NCBI GenBank assembly: GCA_951406725.2
Contig: OX597822.1
Coordinates: forward strand, 73,036,001 to 73,100,000
Direction: 5' to 3'
DNA: 64,000 bases
Source: Octopus vulgaris
Taxonomy: Eukaryota
In this document: positions 29,271 to 45,418 of the stretch, in pieces
Layout: each line of letters opens with the position of its first letter
Position numbering within the stretch: the stretch's first letter is position 1
Position numbers and translations under genes: made by a program
Notes under the pieces: generated by a model
The model's input: the letters and a program-made list of their open reading frames with translations, nothing else
The model's database searches: none
Told to the model about the DNA's origin: nothing

Positions 29271-29399
29271 GCAGAAAATTCAACAAAACCTGTTACTCTG
29301 AATTTCCCGTTGCCGTTCATCGAACAGTTTTTGCTAGAATTACTGTCCGATGAACGGCAACGGGAAACTCAGAGTAACAGGTTTTGTTAAATTTTCTGC
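29271..29399. repeat. About 58-bp inverted repeat at the PLE 3' end
   Basis: 29271-29328 is the reverse complement of 29342-29399 with three mismatches. Confidence 0.9.
29343..29380 (+). ncRNA. Minimal hammerhead motif, U4C variant
   Basis: CTGT-CCGATGA-A-CG GCAA CG-G-GAAA-CTC A GAG-TA-ACAG: stem I CTGT/ACAG, GNRA-capped stem II and GUA site. Confidence 0.7.
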
Positions 29400-29539
29400 T
29401 GCTTTAAATAAACCATATTACTCTATCACTGGTATTTGTGTACTCTTTTTTCCACCTTGTTTCACATTTATGTGTTTACTCCGGTATATATATATATATA
29501 TATATATATTAGGTATATTTGAATATATGTTCTATCATT

Positions 29540-29995
29540 TATCTTTTACATGTTTCATTTACTTGACTGCGGCCAGGCTGGGGCACTGCCGTAAGGCGTT
29601 TTTCCAGTCGAACATCTTAAGCCTGGTGCTTATTCTACCTGTCTTTTTCTCTAAACTGCTAAGATGCGGGGACGTAAACACCAGTTGTCAAACTGTGGTG
29701 GGGAACAGACACAGACAAAAAGACACGAACGCACACATAGTTATACTCAAACACACACATTCACACACACACACATATACATATATATATATATATATAT
29801 AAATGCGTATGTATATATATAAATATATATGTATATACAACAGACGTCTATCAGTTTCCGTCTACCATATCCACTCATAAGGCCTTAGTCGGCCCAAGGC
29901 TATGGTAGGAAATACATGCTCAAGGTACCACGCAGTGAGACTGAAACCGGAGCCACGTTGTTGGGAAGTAAGCTTCTTACAACACAGCCACGCCT
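29540..29995 (-). mobile_element. SINE family B, diverged
   Basis: Matches family B on the minus strand (tcagtttccgtctacc...cttacaacacagccacgcc). Confidence 0.8.
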
Positions 29996-30659
29996 TTCCT
30001 TTGATAAATTGATAGAATGAGAGAGTGAGAGAGAGAGAGAGGGGGGAGAGTGGGAGAGGGAAAGAAAGAGAGAGAGAGACAGAAAGACAGTCAGACAAAC
30101 AGAGACAGATTTTCTCTTGAAAGAGCTGCCCCCCCCCCCATGCTAGAGATGATGGTGAGCTATTGTCACGTAAAATTAATGTGAAGAAATATGAGAAGGA
30201 AGATTTGGTTGACGGTATAGTTATTGTCATTGCATTTTGCGTTCTATACGGTTTTTATTAAGATTTTTCTTTCCTTTAGTTTCATAGAACCTAAAGGAAA
30301 GTACATTTGTACAATAGTACATTTGGTGATAAAATAACTGTTTGCGACAGTTCTGCATTTCAGTTTCCCACAAAAATGAGCTAAGAGGGGACAGTGTCTT
30401 GTTTAAGAACATCTTAGACAAATAAATATATCAAATACAATGCAATATAAAATTTTGATTTATTAACAGAGGAAATATTCTCAATAACCAGAAATTGTAC
30501 AAAATTGACATGCGATAAAGGAAAAAGGTAAGCTTATTGTTGGTAGACAAGAGGATAGTCGTAGAAACGTGTTTCTGCCTCGGCAACACAACAATTGCCT
30601 TACCTTATATACCGAAGCCAAGTAGGACATATTTATGGCTTAGGTAGTTTGTATATACG

Positions 30660-31077
30660 CTTTTACTCTTTTACCTTTTCCAGTCATTTGACTGCAGCCA
30701 TGCCGGAGCACCTCATTTAGTCGAGCAAATCGACCCCAGAACTTATTCTTTGTAAGCCTAGTACTTATTCTATCGGTCGCTCTTGCCGAACCGGAAAGTG
30801 ACGGGGACGTAAACACACCAGCATCGGTTGTCGAGTGATGTGGTGGTGGTGGTGGTGGGGCAAGCACAGACACACAAACATACACACATATATATATACA
30901 TGTACATATATAAGACGGGCTTCTTTCAGTTTCCGTCTACCAAATCCACTCACAAGGCTTTGGTCGGCCCGAGGCTATAGTAGATGACACCTACCCAAGG
31001 TGCCTCGCAAAGGGAACTGAACCCGGAAACATGTGGTTGGTAAGCAAGCTACTTACCACACAGCCATTCGTGCGCCT
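30660..31077 (-). mobile_element. SINE family B, full length
   Basis: Reverse complement of the 39042-39460 copy. Confidence 0.9.
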
Positions 31078-31807
31078 ATTAAGCAAAAATAAAAATTGCT
31101 AAAATATTTAACTCAGAGTGACCATTGGTATGTGCGATGTATGTCTATCAGTCTATCTGTCTGTCTGCCTGTCTTAATGTATGTGTGTGTGTATGTATGT
31201 GTGTATGTATGTGTGTATGCATGTGTGCATGCATGTGTGTATGCATGTGTGTATGCATGTGTGTATGCGTGTGTGTATGCGTGTATGTATGTATGTATGT
31301 ATGTATGTATGTATGTATGTATGAATGAATGTGTGTGCTTTGTTGGTGTTTATTATGTGTTCATACAAGTTCTTGGTCAAGCAGGCTTACGATCAAAGAT
31401 GTTCCAGCTAAGACCATAATTCATTTCTGTATATCAGAAACTGCATGGTGTAATGTGAGCTAATTTTGCTAAGATGACAGGGCAGCACGTGAAGGTTATT
31501 GCGTGCGCGTGTGACTGCGTGTGTGTATGTGTGTTGTCTCTATCGAGTGTAAAATGAGGAAGATTGAGCTTTATTTCTCTTAGCTTAAAGAACCACTTCA
31601 CGAGGGATCTCCGTTCCTGTTTGATAGGTAGCCCCGCCAATGTCTTTATGTATAATAAATAAAGACGAAAAATATAAAACCCAAACAATGTTACAGACCG
31701 GTAACTGTTCGTCCTCTGTAGTGCGGAGATTTATTCACGTACCCAACTACATATAAGCATACATACATGTAAAATCATCGATTATATAGATATGTATGTA
31801 TGTATGT

Positions 31808-31849
<42 letters not shown>

Positions 31850-31935
31850 GGATAGGCAAACAGACAGACAGACATAGACATATATATAAATGTATGTATA
31901 TATATATATATATAAATGTGTGTATATATATATAC

Positions 31936-32073
<138 letters not shown>

Positions 32074-32195
32074 GGGATAATCACGTTAGGGATAATTACC
32101 AGGTAGTCAGCATGGAAAAATGAATTTATAGCAATTTATGTATTATATTAATAATTATATATATATGTGTGTGTGTTTGTGTGTGTACATACATA

Positions 32196-32415
32196 CAGTA
32201 ATCTCCCGACTATCGCGGGTGTTATATACCCAAAACCCACGCGATAGATGAAAATCCGCGAAGTAGACACAGCACTGTACACAATAAATAAATTTATTAT
32301 TTTTATAGTTTGTATATTATTCTTTTATTATAAATGCAAAACAACACCATGGGGGTTTTCGACGTAAGCTTAAATAATAAACCGTGATAAATAAACTGCG
32401 CTATGGTGAGGGATA
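32196..32415. mobile_element. Tigger-like MITE
   Basis: ta|cagtaatctcccgactatcgcg ... gcgctatggtgagggat; related to the 55442-55880 element. Confidence 0.65.
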
Positions 32416-32853
32416 TATATATATATATGTGTGTGTGGGAGGGGGTATGCGTGTGCGTGTGTGTGTGTGTGAGTGTGTGTGTGCGTGAGGTGTATGTGTA
32501 TATGAATGTATAGATATGTATATATAACAGAATAACTTTTACGTATTTATGTTATCTGGCTGCGGTCATGCGAGGGTACCCATTATATATATGTGTGTGT
32601 GTGTGTGTATGTGTGTGTGTGTGTGTGTGCATATCCACAAACGCACACATATGCTCATATGCGCCTGTATCTCTAAAAAATGCGTTACCATAATCCCAGG
32701 AGCGGACAGTTGATTCTACACACCGAACACGCATATATTGACATCGCAATAGGTTCATATCAACAACAACAATAAAACCAAAAGCCAACGACTCTGCACC
32801 ATTCAAGACAATAGCAGCAATAACAACAACGTAATCTCGGAAATAAAGATAAG

Positions 32854-32922
<69 letters not shown>

Positions 32923-32951
32923 TGGTGATGATGATGATGACAATGATGATG

Positions 32952-33167
32952 CTTTCAAAATTTGGCAGAAGGTCAGAAATTTTGGGTGAGGGGGTAAGTT
33001 GATTACATCGACCCCAGTACTGAACTGGTACTTATTTCATCGACCCCCGAAAGGATGAAAGATAAAGTCCACCTTGGCCGAATTTGAACCGAGAACGTAA
33101 AGACGGACAAAATGCCGTTAAGCATTTCGACCGGCGTACCTAACGATTCTGCCAGCTCGTCGCCTTC
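32952..33167 (-). mobile_element. SINE family A
   Basis: Family A consensus on the minus strand, adjacent to (AAT)n/(AAC)n. Confidence 0.85.
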
Positions 33168-33250
33168 AGCAACAACAACAACAACAACAACAATAATAAT
33201 AATAATAATAACAATAATAATAACAATAATAATAAAAATAATAATAATAA

Positions 33251-33293
33251 TGGCCACAGCTCATGAGCTGAAACTAGAATCAATCAATCAATC

Positions 33294-33294
<1 letters not shown>
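33251..33294 (+). mobile_element. Extreme 5'-truncated CR1-group LINE 3' end
   Basis: tggccacagctcatgagctgaaactag+(aatc)n matches the LINE tail at 3035-3060; embedded in (AAT)n. Confidence 0.75.
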
Positions 33295-33341
<47 letters not shown>

Positions 33342-33449
33342 TGGTTCAAATTTTGCCACGATGGTAGCCATTTTGGGGGAGGGGATAAGTCGATTACACC
33401 GACCCCGAAACGATGAAATGCAAAGTTAACCTCGATTGAATTCGAACTC

Positions 33450-33511
<62 letters not shown>

Positions 33512-33611
33512 CTTATTGGTAATGAGTTCTCCATGAGATACGGTAATGACTATTCAGTTTAATGAACATGAAATCAACGAGCAAAAGACAAGGGGGTTTC
33601 CCCAACATGTG

Positions 33612-33780
33612 CAGTGGCGCAGTTAGAATGTGTACCGCTTGGTGCAACCCTTCAGTTTACTGCACTTCCCCGCCCCTATACAGGTTTATACATCATCCAA
33701 AAATTGCCCCCCCCCCACAAAATGCGTCACCCGGGGCGGGCCGTTTCGCTTGCCATCTCCACTCCTCAGTATCTACTCGA
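33612..33780. mobile_element. Decayed hAT-like MITE
   Basis: Starts cagtggcgcagttag and has GC-rich subterminal gcgtcacccggggcgggccg; the right TIR is degraded. Confidence 0.45.
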
Positions 33781-33972
33781 TTTGTGTACCTTTAATTTGG
33801 TTATCAGACCAAATTATTTTGTCATACTGTTGGACTTTTGAATTCCAAATACAATCTATTAAATAAAAACACAGAGATGTCACGCAGTTTCGTATGCGTA
33901 ACTGAATTCAAAATTCAAACGGAGTGAGTCAACTCGTTGCTACGGTAAAAAGTGAAAAAGAGAACAATCTAT

Positions 33973-34171
33973 AGGCGCAGGTGTGGCTGCATGATGAGAA
34001 TCTTGCTTCCCAACCACTGGTCCAGGGTTCAGTCTAACTGCGTAACACATCGAGCAAGTATTTTCTACTATAGCCTCTGGCCGACCAAAGCCTTGTGAGT
34101 GGATTTGGTAGAGGGAAACTGAAAGAAACATGTCGTGTATACATACATACATACATACATACATACATACA

Positions 34172-34202
<31 letters not shown>

Positions 34203-34420
34203 GTATATATCTATGTACGTGTCTTTGTGTTTCTTTTTGTCTCCTATCATCGCTTGACAACTAGTGTTGGTGTGTTTACGTCCCTATAACCTAGCTGTTC
34301 GGCAAAAGCGACACATAGAAGACATACTAGGCTTAAAAAATTAATCTATTGGTCGATTTATTCAAGGCGGCGCTCCAGCATGGACGCAATCAAATTACTG
34401 AACCAAGTTATAAGAATAAA
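33973..34420 (+). mobile_element. SINE family B
   Basis: ggcgcaggtgtggctg...ggcggcgctccagcatgg. Confidence 0.85.
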
Positions 34421-35084
34421 ACCAAAATAAAATAGTAATCCTCCAGGGCCCCACGTAGTGACACGAAACACAGGATGTTATGTTTGTAAAGCCAACTTCT
34501 TAACTGCTCTGCTCATTTTCGTATTACAAGCAATATAAAACGCAACACAATAATGTCACCAACAACAATTACTATGACAACGAAGGAGAGAGCTTCTACA
34601 TGGTGACGCTCTCTGTTAGAAACAACAGCTAAATTTTTATCACTCACATCATGGCGTTTTAGAAAAGAGTATATTTCATAATGTGCTACTGGATACCGTG
34701 CACCCACGAAACAGGGCCGCAGTTGAGGTGGCTTTAAATATAGGTTTGCACGATCGAAGCTGACCAAGGGTTAAATAACAATAATGACTCCAACGGGCAA
34801 CACTCTAAACATTAAGTTGCATGTTTGCATAGTGATTTTGTGGCCTTTATGTATATTCTGAGAACATATTACAGTTGAGATAAAGGACATAAGAGAATTA
34901 ATCATAATTATCCTTTCTAAATTGGAGAGAAGGTCAACAAAGTTTGAAAAGAGAGAAACGTCGATTACACAAACCCCAGTGATCGGTGAGATTTGAACTC
35001 AGAGTTGGAAAAAATGCCGGTAAGCATTTTGTCCGGCGCTGTAAAAATTCTGCCAGTTTTCCAACATTTAAATAAATTTTTTTA

Positions 35085-35457
35085 TACTCTAGGTACAAGG
35101 CCAGACATTTGGGGGAGAGGGCCAGTCGATTAGATCGACCCCAGTATGCAACTGGTACTTAATTTATCGACCCCGAAAGGATGAAAGGCAAAGTCGACCT
35201 AGCAAAATTTGAACTCAGAACAAAAAGACAGACGAAATACAGCTAAGCATTTCGCTCACCGTGCTAACATTTCTTATTTCTTTACTGCCAACACGGGGCT
35301 ACACACAAAGAGGACAAACAAGGACAGACAAATGGATTAAGTCGATTATATCGATCCCAGTGCGTAACTGGTACTTATTTAATCGACCCCCGAAAGGATG
35401 AAAGGCAAAGTCGACCTCGGCGGAATTTGAACTCAGAACGTAGCGGCAGACGAAATA
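35085..35457 (-). mobile_element. SINE family A dimer
   Basis: Two copies joined at gtgctaacatttcttatttcttt. Confidence 0.85.
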
Positions 35458-36574
35458 TTGTCCTCACAGAAGTCTTACTTTGTCTAAAACAATGACAAGT
35501 AAAAAAAAATCAAAGAAAAATTATTACATTGACCGAAAATCTTGAGATTAAATTGATCAGTCCAGTATGCATCGAATTATTTCTTTCTCGCCCCCTCACT
35601 CTCCTCTCTACATGGTTATTTGTATGCACACACACACACACACACACACACAAATACACACACTCCACACACACACACACACACACACATAAATTAATGT
35701 AAGCAGCTAGCCCAGTACAAAGTCGTATAGGAAGAATTTAGTCATCACTAATTGTGACTGGGTGCTAAAATCACAGTTATTACTGGAATAAGAGTCAAGA
35801 ATGTTATAGCTACGTGAAAAGCACATTTACGTATACTGACAGAGTAGATCCCTGTCCCATGAGCCTTCTTAATGACACAACGGTTTAGTATAAGATCTAT
35901 CTGGCTACTATTGTTAGCTAGTCCATCGGTGACATAGAGCTCCCAAATAGCACAGTTTGTATTGCGTATAAAGTTCCCGGAAGTTGGTATCGAATTAACT
36001 AGAAACGATCAACGTTCTATCACAATCCAGTTGTACTTCATGTGGTCTAACGTTGTGAACTTGTATTTGGTAGTTGCTTGATCGTAGGGGCCCTATGTTA
36101 ATCTATAAGATAGCAGGCTGACAGAGTCGTTTTCACGTCGGATAAAATATTGAAAAGGATTTCTTCCACCTCTTTACGCTTTAAGTGGAAATCCAACCAA
36201 GTTCAATTTTGCCTTTCATCGATAAGTTAGAGTACTAGTAAAGTACTGGCGTCAGCATAATCGGTTTGTTCCCTTCTCTCAAAATTACTGAGCACAGAAC
36301 CTGCAAGAGATCGGTGGGGAATGTTGTAATCTGGTAAACGGACCTATGAGTCATTGGACTCGAGAAAAATATAAAATAAAGTTAAACTATGTATGCTGTG
36401 GATGTATATGTAGGGACCCCATGTAACTACTTCACCTAGAATGTTAAAATATAGTTCATACAGCCCTGATTGTACCTTAGTGTTGCCTTATATACCAGAT
36501 AAGAAGTCGCTTGGCCTCTAGAAAAGTAATCAAATCGCCAAGGCCCACCCTAGCATATTTCAAAAATAAAACAA

Positions 36575-37170
36575 ACATGGCTGTGTAGTAAGAAGTTTCC
36601 TTTCCAACTACGTGGTTCCTGGTTCAGTCCCACGTGTGGTGTCTTGGGCAAGTGTCTTCTACTATAGCCCCAGGCTGACCAAAGCCTTGAGAATGGATTT
36701 GGTAAACGGAAAATGAAAGAAACCTGTCGTATGTATGCAAATACATGCGTGTGTGAGTATGTGTATTTTACAGGTTTATATGTGTAGGCGTTGTAAGAAG
36801 GTTTCTTCCAAACCACATCGTTCTGGATTCAGTAGAACTGTGTGTCACGTTGAGAAAGTATCTTCTACCATAGCTCCAGACCGACCAGAGCCTTGTGAGT
36901 TGATTTGGTAGACGGAAACTGAAAGAACCTCGTTGTGTGAGTGTCTGAGGGTGTATTCACGTGTGTTTTTGTGTTTGTCCTCCACCACCGCTTGACAACC
37001 GGTGTTGGCGTATATACGTTCCCGTAACTTAATGATTCAGCAAAAGACCCAATAGAATTAGTACCAGGCTTGAAAAAACTTAAGCACCAGGGTTGCCTCA
37101 CTGCACTAAACAATCTTGAAGTTGGTGTCCCAGCATAGCCGCATTCTAATGATTGACACAAATAACAGAT
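36575..37170 (+). mobile_element. Two SINE family B copies in tandem (first lacks its 3' half)
   Basis: Repeated gtcttctactatagcc...gaccaaagccttg...ttggtagacggaaactgaaagaa. Confidence 0.8.
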
Positions 37171-37365
37171 AAAAGGTATACGTAGCTATAGTTGGGATAA
37201 AACACGACTAGTCACAGTTAAAATAATTTCGATTATAGCCTTATTCAATGTGGAGTGAGCTGGGATTAAGCAACCCCATCAATAGGAATATTGTCATACT
37301 TTATGGTACTATGCGGTACACTGTGATCTCACATGTAGAAAACTAAATATAATGTTAAGCTCAGT

Positions 37366-37660
37366 GGAGGCACATGGCCTAGTGGTTAGAGCAGCGGACT
37401 CACGGTCGAGGGATCGCGTGTTCGAATCTCAGACCGGGCGATGTGTGTGTTTATGAGCGAAACACCTAAGCTCCACGCAGCTCCGGCAGAAGGTAGTGGC
37501 AAACTTCTGTTGACTCTTTCGTCACAACTTTCTCTCACTCTTCCCTCGTGCAGCTCACCTGCGACGGTCCGGCGTCCCGTCCAGGTGGGCAAACTATACG
37601 CCAAGGAAACCGGGAAATCGGCCCTAATGAGCCAAGCATGGCTCGAAAAGGAACAAACAA
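37366..37660 (+). mobile_element. SINE family C (tRNA-derived) with target-site duplication
   Basis: ggaggcacatggcctagtggttagagcag (A box)...gttcgaatc (B box). aatgttaagctcag occurs on both sides (37351-37364 and 37659-37672). Confidence 0.9.
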
Positions 37661-38054
37661 TGTTAAGCTCAGACACAATGAAGAACCAGAAACATTATTG
37701 AACCATCGAATGACTTGGTTACTTGTTATTTTCTTTTTGTTTTAGTCCCCAGTTAATTCCGATTGTGGATTAAATCCTTAAGATCCTTTAAAATGTTTTA
37801 GCCCGAAAGCCGCGGACATGCAGGGGCACCAATTTACTTTTTCTTTTTTCTTCATTTTTGTTTTGTTTTCTAAGCATAGAGCATTGTCAAGTGTGGCTCT
37901 TATTCTATTTTTAGATGTTGCGGTGTGATTTGAGGAATATTTGTTATCAATATCTAGCAGATAGAGTGACCACTTATAAGCTACGGCATATGAGAGTCAA
38001 TCTGTGTTGGATGCAGAACATAACACGGATATAATACATAATATATATGTAAGA

Positions 38055-38056
38055 TG

Positions 38057-38094
<38 letters not shown>

Positions 38095-38104
38095 TATATA
38101 TATA

Positions 38105-38195
<91 letters not shown>

Positions 38196-38259
38196 CGTAT
38201 ATATATATATATATATATACATATATAGATATATATATACGTATATATATATATATGAA

Positions 38260-38309
<50 letters not shown>

Positions 38310-38403
38310 TGAATGTACATATATATACATATATATATATATGAATGTACACACACATATATATATATGCATGTATATATGTATACATATATATATATAT
38401 GAA

Positions 38404-38453
<50 letters not shown>

Positions 38454-38458
38454 GGCAT

Positions 38459-38500
<42 letters not shown>

Positions 38501-38520
38501 ATATATATATATTATATAAT
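38055..38520. repeat. Compound (TA)n microsatellite with gaatgtac units
   Basis: Direct reading. Confidence 0.9.
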
Positions 38521-38939
38521 ATACCCACTATATACCAAATAAAGATCAATACATAAAAAAACATTTACATGCTCTCGATACAACCTTGAGTATTTTCAGA
38601 TTGGTATGGACCCATTAGGCAATTAGGCAAGTGGCAAAATGAGATTTTGTGACATAAATGCTCTTCAGGATAATTAACGAAAGAAAAATCACATATTGTG
38701 GTTAAGTATAGAAATCAAATCGCAACATTTAGATACAGTTCACCGAAAACAGAATAACTTGGCAGATTTTACAGAAAATATCGATATTTTGCCGTAGTCA
38801 GGGAATTTCGTTTTGGTATATTCTCAATGTGTATTGCATATACACATTTACTCTATAGTCTCAAGCAGCGCAAAATAATTACTCAAAGTGTATAGATAAA
38901 TGTACATGCACATGTGTGTGTATGTGTGTGTATGTGTGT

Positions 38940-38983
<44 letters not shown>

Positions 38984-39041
38984 CCGCGTACATTATATAA
39001 GCACGTACGCAGCTATGTCAATGCATATATATATATATATA

Positions 39042-39205
39042 GGCGCAGGAGTGGCTGTGTGGTAAGTAGCTTGCTAACCAACCACATGGTTGCGGGTTCA
39101 GTCCACTGCGTGGCATCTTGGGCAAGTGTCTTCTGCTATAGCCCCGGGCCGACCAATGCCTTGTGAGTGGATTTGGTAGACAGAAACTGAAAGAAGCCTG
39201 TCGTA

Positions 39206-39236
<31 letters not shown>

Positions 39237-39460
39237 TTGTGTGTGTGTTTGTGTGTCTGTGTTTGTCCCCCTAGCATTGCTTGACAACCGATGCTGGTGT
39301 GTCTACGTCCACGCCACTTAGCGGTTCGGCAAAAGAGACCGATAGAATAAGTACTGGGCTTACAAAGAATAAGTTCCGGGGTCGATTTGATCGACTAAAG
39401 GCGGTGCTCCAGCATGGCCGCAGTCAAATGACTGAAACAAGTAAAAGAGTAAAAGAGTAA
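39042..39460 (+). mobile_element. SINE family B, full length (reference copy)
   Basis: tRNA-like head ggcgcaggagtggctgtgtggtaag...gggttcagtcc, internal (TA/TG)n and 3' ggcggtgctccagcatggccgcagtcaaatgactgaaac(aagtaaaag)n. Confidence 0.92.
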
Positions 39461-39915
39461 GGAGTGTATATATATATATATATATATTATATTAATAACA
39501 ATCTTACTTAGAAATGGATGCGTGCGTTCCGTCATATAATAAATTAATAAATAAATAAAACATTTGCATATATAAATACATATATGTACGTACCTACCTC
39601 TATATACATGTTGAGGTACGTACATATATATGCATGTATATATGCATATGTTTTATTTATTTATTAATTTATTATATATATATATATATATGAAAGTATG
39701 TATATGTATGTGCCCATATATACATTCATGTATACATGCATATATACATACACACACATACACACACACATATATATATGTATATGCATGTATGTATGTA
39801 TATATGTATGTATGTATGTATATGTATGTATATGTATGCATAAGACTTTATCTGTAAATGTATGTTTTACTCTTTCCGGGCGCGTGCGAGTGCAAGTGTG
39901 AGATTGAATATACAG

Positions 39916-39950
<35 letters not shown>

Positions 39951-40137
39951 CCCACATGTGTGTGTGTATATACGCATAGATTAAAATTATTCTGCACTTT
40001 TTTAATTATATATAAAACAAAATGTCTCAATGTTTCCTATACATATGTGTGTGTATGTGTGCGTGTGTGTGTGTGTTTGTATTCTTGTTTCAATCAGTTG
40101 ACTACGGCCATGCTGGAGTACCGCCTTTAAATGTATA

Positions 40138-40182
<45 letters not shown>

Positions 40183-40304
40183 TCCGAGTGAAGTTTAAAC
40201 GCTACACCGATGTTTCCTTTTTAGATGAAATTGCAAAATTTCAAAGTCAATGTCAACTTCTCCAATTAAAAATGGTTACGGAACTCTACTTCAAAATTTT
40301 CGAA

Positions 40305-41447
<1,143 letters not shown>

Positions 41448-41689
41448 AAATAATAATAGTATGAAAAAGAAGAAGAAGAGGAATAATATTAATAATAATA
41501 ATAATGTGTGTATCTATCTATGTGTATATAGATAGTTAGATATACACGCATATATACATTTTATATATCTATGTGTATATATGTGTAGACACGTATATTT
41601 GTGTATGCCTGTACGCGTGCGTGGTGTGTGTGTGTGTGTGTGAGTCAGTAAAGTGCAAAACTCACAATCGGGCTCAGTAGTGAGTTCCA

Positions 41690-42415
41690 CACTTCACTCC
41701 AGTACACTGTGCGCTATAACCTGGGATAGCGTCTCCTAGAAGAGATGCTGGTCGACCAAAGCCTTATGAGTGGATTTGGTAGACGGAAACTGAAAAGAAG
41801 CCCGTCGTGTATATATATATATATGTATATATGTGTGTGTTGCTCCCCCCTTACTTAGCAATTAATGCAGGCGTACTTACGTCTCCGTAAGGTAGTGGTT
41901 CGGCAATAGAGACCGATAGAATAAGTACTGGGCTGACAAAGAATAAGTCCTGGGGTCGATTTTTCGACAAAAGGCGGTGCTCCAGCATGGCTGCAGTCAA
42001 ATGACTGAAACTAATAAAAGCATGAAAGAATAAAAGAATATGCATATAGGCGTAGGAGTGTCAGTGTGGTAAGTAGTTTGCTTCTCAATCACAAGGTTCC
42101 AGGTTCTGTCCCACTGCGTGGCACCTTGGGCAAGTGTATTCTACTATAGCCTCGAGACGACCAAAGCCTTGTGAGTGGTAGACGGAAACTGAAGGAAGAA
42201 CATATATATGTTTGTGTGTCTGTGTTTGTTCCCGCATCATCGCTTGACAACCGGTGTTGATGTGTTTATGTCCCCGTAACTTAGCGGTTCGACAAAAGAC
42301 ACCGATTGGGTACGTAATAGGCCTACAAAGAATAAATCCTATGGTGGATTTGTTCGACTAAAGGCGGTGCTTCAGCATGGCCGCAATCAAATGGCAAACA
42401 AATAAAAGAATAACA
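41690..42415 (+). mobile_element. Two tandem SINE family B copies
   Basis: Two family-B tails at about 41970-42035 and 42360-42415. Confidence 0.85.
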
Positions 42416-42434
42416 GAATATATATGATATGATA

Positions 42435-42515
<81 letters not shown>

Positions 42516-43150
42516 TGTATGTATTATATATACCATTATAAATATACTATTTACACACATATATATATATACAAAAGTATAGGAAAATCGAAACATACGT
42601 AGAAGGGAAATCATAGACATATATATGAATATCTGTGTGTATGTGTGTGTGTGTCTGTGCGAGTGTGCGTATGTGTGTGCGTGTGTGTGCGTCTATATAA
42701 ATACGCATATTTATACGTGAGTGAATGCTTGCCTGGTTTCTAGTAATGTATGTATATATGTGTTTATGTATGAATGGGATATGGGTGAGCTATTACAGCG
42801 TCGGAGAAAACGCTTTGTAGTATTTGTTTTGGATCCATGCTTTTTGAGTTCAAATCCCACCGAGGTCCACTTTGCGTAGCATCCTTCTTAAGGCAATAAA
42901 TATGGTACATGTCATACACTAGTGTAATATAAACGATTAAATCCGTGACCCCATGATTATTAAACTTCGACCAGTATTTGATATTCGGCCACACACGATA
43001 AATATGCATGTGTGTGTGTATACACGTTTGTTTGTGTTTGTTATTGAAGAATGATATAAAACATATATATATATATACACGCACACACATATACGCATAC
43101 ACGCGTAGCTATAGATATCTACGTATATTTTATATGTGCAAAATCCGTGA

Positions 43151-43208
<58 letters not shown>

Positions 43209-43427
43209 GCATATATATGTATATGTGTGTGTGTGTATGTGTGCATAAATAATAAACCTTGGGTGGAATTACTTTATTTATCCTACATAATATCGGCACA
43301 AATCGATGGCACCCGATAAAGATGGTTCACGAGTCAACGTTATTTTGGCCGGCATAATGGAATAGGAGCACAATTTGCACCTTCAAACCGTTTCCCGTAA
43401 ACACATTAAATACATATATATATATAT

Positions 43428-43508
<81 letters not shown>

Positions 43509-43513
43509 TGTGT

Positions 43514-43561
<48 letters not shown>

Positions 43562-43819
43562 AGCAAAAGTTTGCAAGTTACGTCGGAAATTTCGGCATAG
43601 TTGCACTTGTCAGCTAAACCCAATTTAGGGCCCATCTTCGAAGTTGTTATGGCTCTCCTTATATCAGGATACCGCTATTAAACTGGAAAAAAAATCATCC
43701 TGATCCCTATGTTTTTTTCTGCGTCGGAGCAAGTTCACATGACCTTGATATGGGAGGAGTTGTGTTCTGTTACAATTAAAAGATTATATTGTTAGTAAGA
43801 AAATATTACAGGGATGCGT

Positions 43820-44079
43820 TGATATACATATACGTGCATATATATAATTACCTACGTACATACACACATACACACACACAACCATATATATATATAATCA
43901 TCTGTATATATTTAGAAATACATTCTCATATAAATATATTTATCAAGATATATATATGCATCTATATATACATATTCATGCAAACATGCATACGTATGCA
44001 TATATATATACATATATATTTTTCGTACATATGTATGCATGTATATGTATATATATATTCATACATATTCATATATATA

Positions 44080-44129
<50 letters not shown>

Positions 44130-44515
44130 TACATATGCATATATAAATATAAATACATATACATATATACAAATACATATATACAAATACATATATGCAT
44201 ATACATATATACATATACATATATATATATATACACATATATATATACACATATATACACATATATATATACATATGCATATATATATACACATATATAC
44301 ACACATATATATACATATTCATATATATATATACATATACATATATGTATATACATATACATATTTATATATATATATACATATATATATACAAATGCAT
44401 ATTTATATACATATATATACATATATATATACATATACATATTTATATATATATACATATATATACATATACATATTTATATATATATATACATATATAT
44501 ATACATATATATATT

Positions 44516-44549
<34 letters not shown>

Positions 44550-44897
44550 CATATTTATATATATATATATATACATATATATATACATATACATATGTAT
44601 ATATATATATACATATATATACATATACATATATATATATATATATATATACATATATATATACATATATACATATATATATACATATATATATACATAT
44701 ATACATATATATATATACATATATACATATATATATACATATATACACATATGTATATATATATATGCATATATATATACATATATACATATATATATGT
44801 ATATATATATATACATATATATATATATGTATATATATACATATATATATATACACACACATATATATATATATATACATAAACATATACACACATA
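43820..44897. repeat. About 1.1-kb degenerate (TA)/(TACA) low-complexity tract
   Basis: Direct reading; source of the spurious 403-aa and 308-aa ORFs. Confidence 0.95.
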
Positions 44898-45345
44898 TCT
44901 CGTTCTTTCGAGGTTGATGACTAAGATATCAATAATGGCTCGTTCTTTTTCACCCCTTCTTCCTTTCCTTTTTGCCTTTATTTGTGAAGAAACCCTTTGA
45001 AGATACCATTAATTGAGATCCATCCGAGTTTCATACCCATTAGAAGCCATATTTCAAAACAGCGTCCCCAAAATTCTTTCAGGTTCTGAGAATCCAAGAC
45101 AAAATAAGACACACATATATGGATTTGTATGTTTTTGTCCGTATGGACGTACGTTTCAGCTTACAAAGACAACGAAATGCCAATCAAAACAAGAGTAAAG
45201 TGCGGTCATTTCTTACGGTGCTGTCATTGTAATGCATTTCTATAATGAATTTTCTTTGTCTAGGCGATAGTTTTGAAGACGATGTATCGGTGGGTGTATG
45301 TGAGCGTATATGTGTTTGTCTTTGTGAGTGAGAGGGTTTCCAATC

Positions 45346-45418
<73 letters not shown>

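Noticed and set aside
35760-36100. Possible RT remnant (QGSTLSV on the minus strand)
   Set aside because: A single short motif with no supporting neighbours.
43789-45000. 403-aa and other long Y/I/H/T/C/V-rich ORFs throughout the window
   Set aside because: Translations of (TA)n/(CA)n/(TATC)n microsatellites, which lack stop codons; no domain content.
45140-45165. GAAACGTACGTC hammerhead-like half on the minus strand
   Set aside because: No upstream CUGANGA or stem I partner found.
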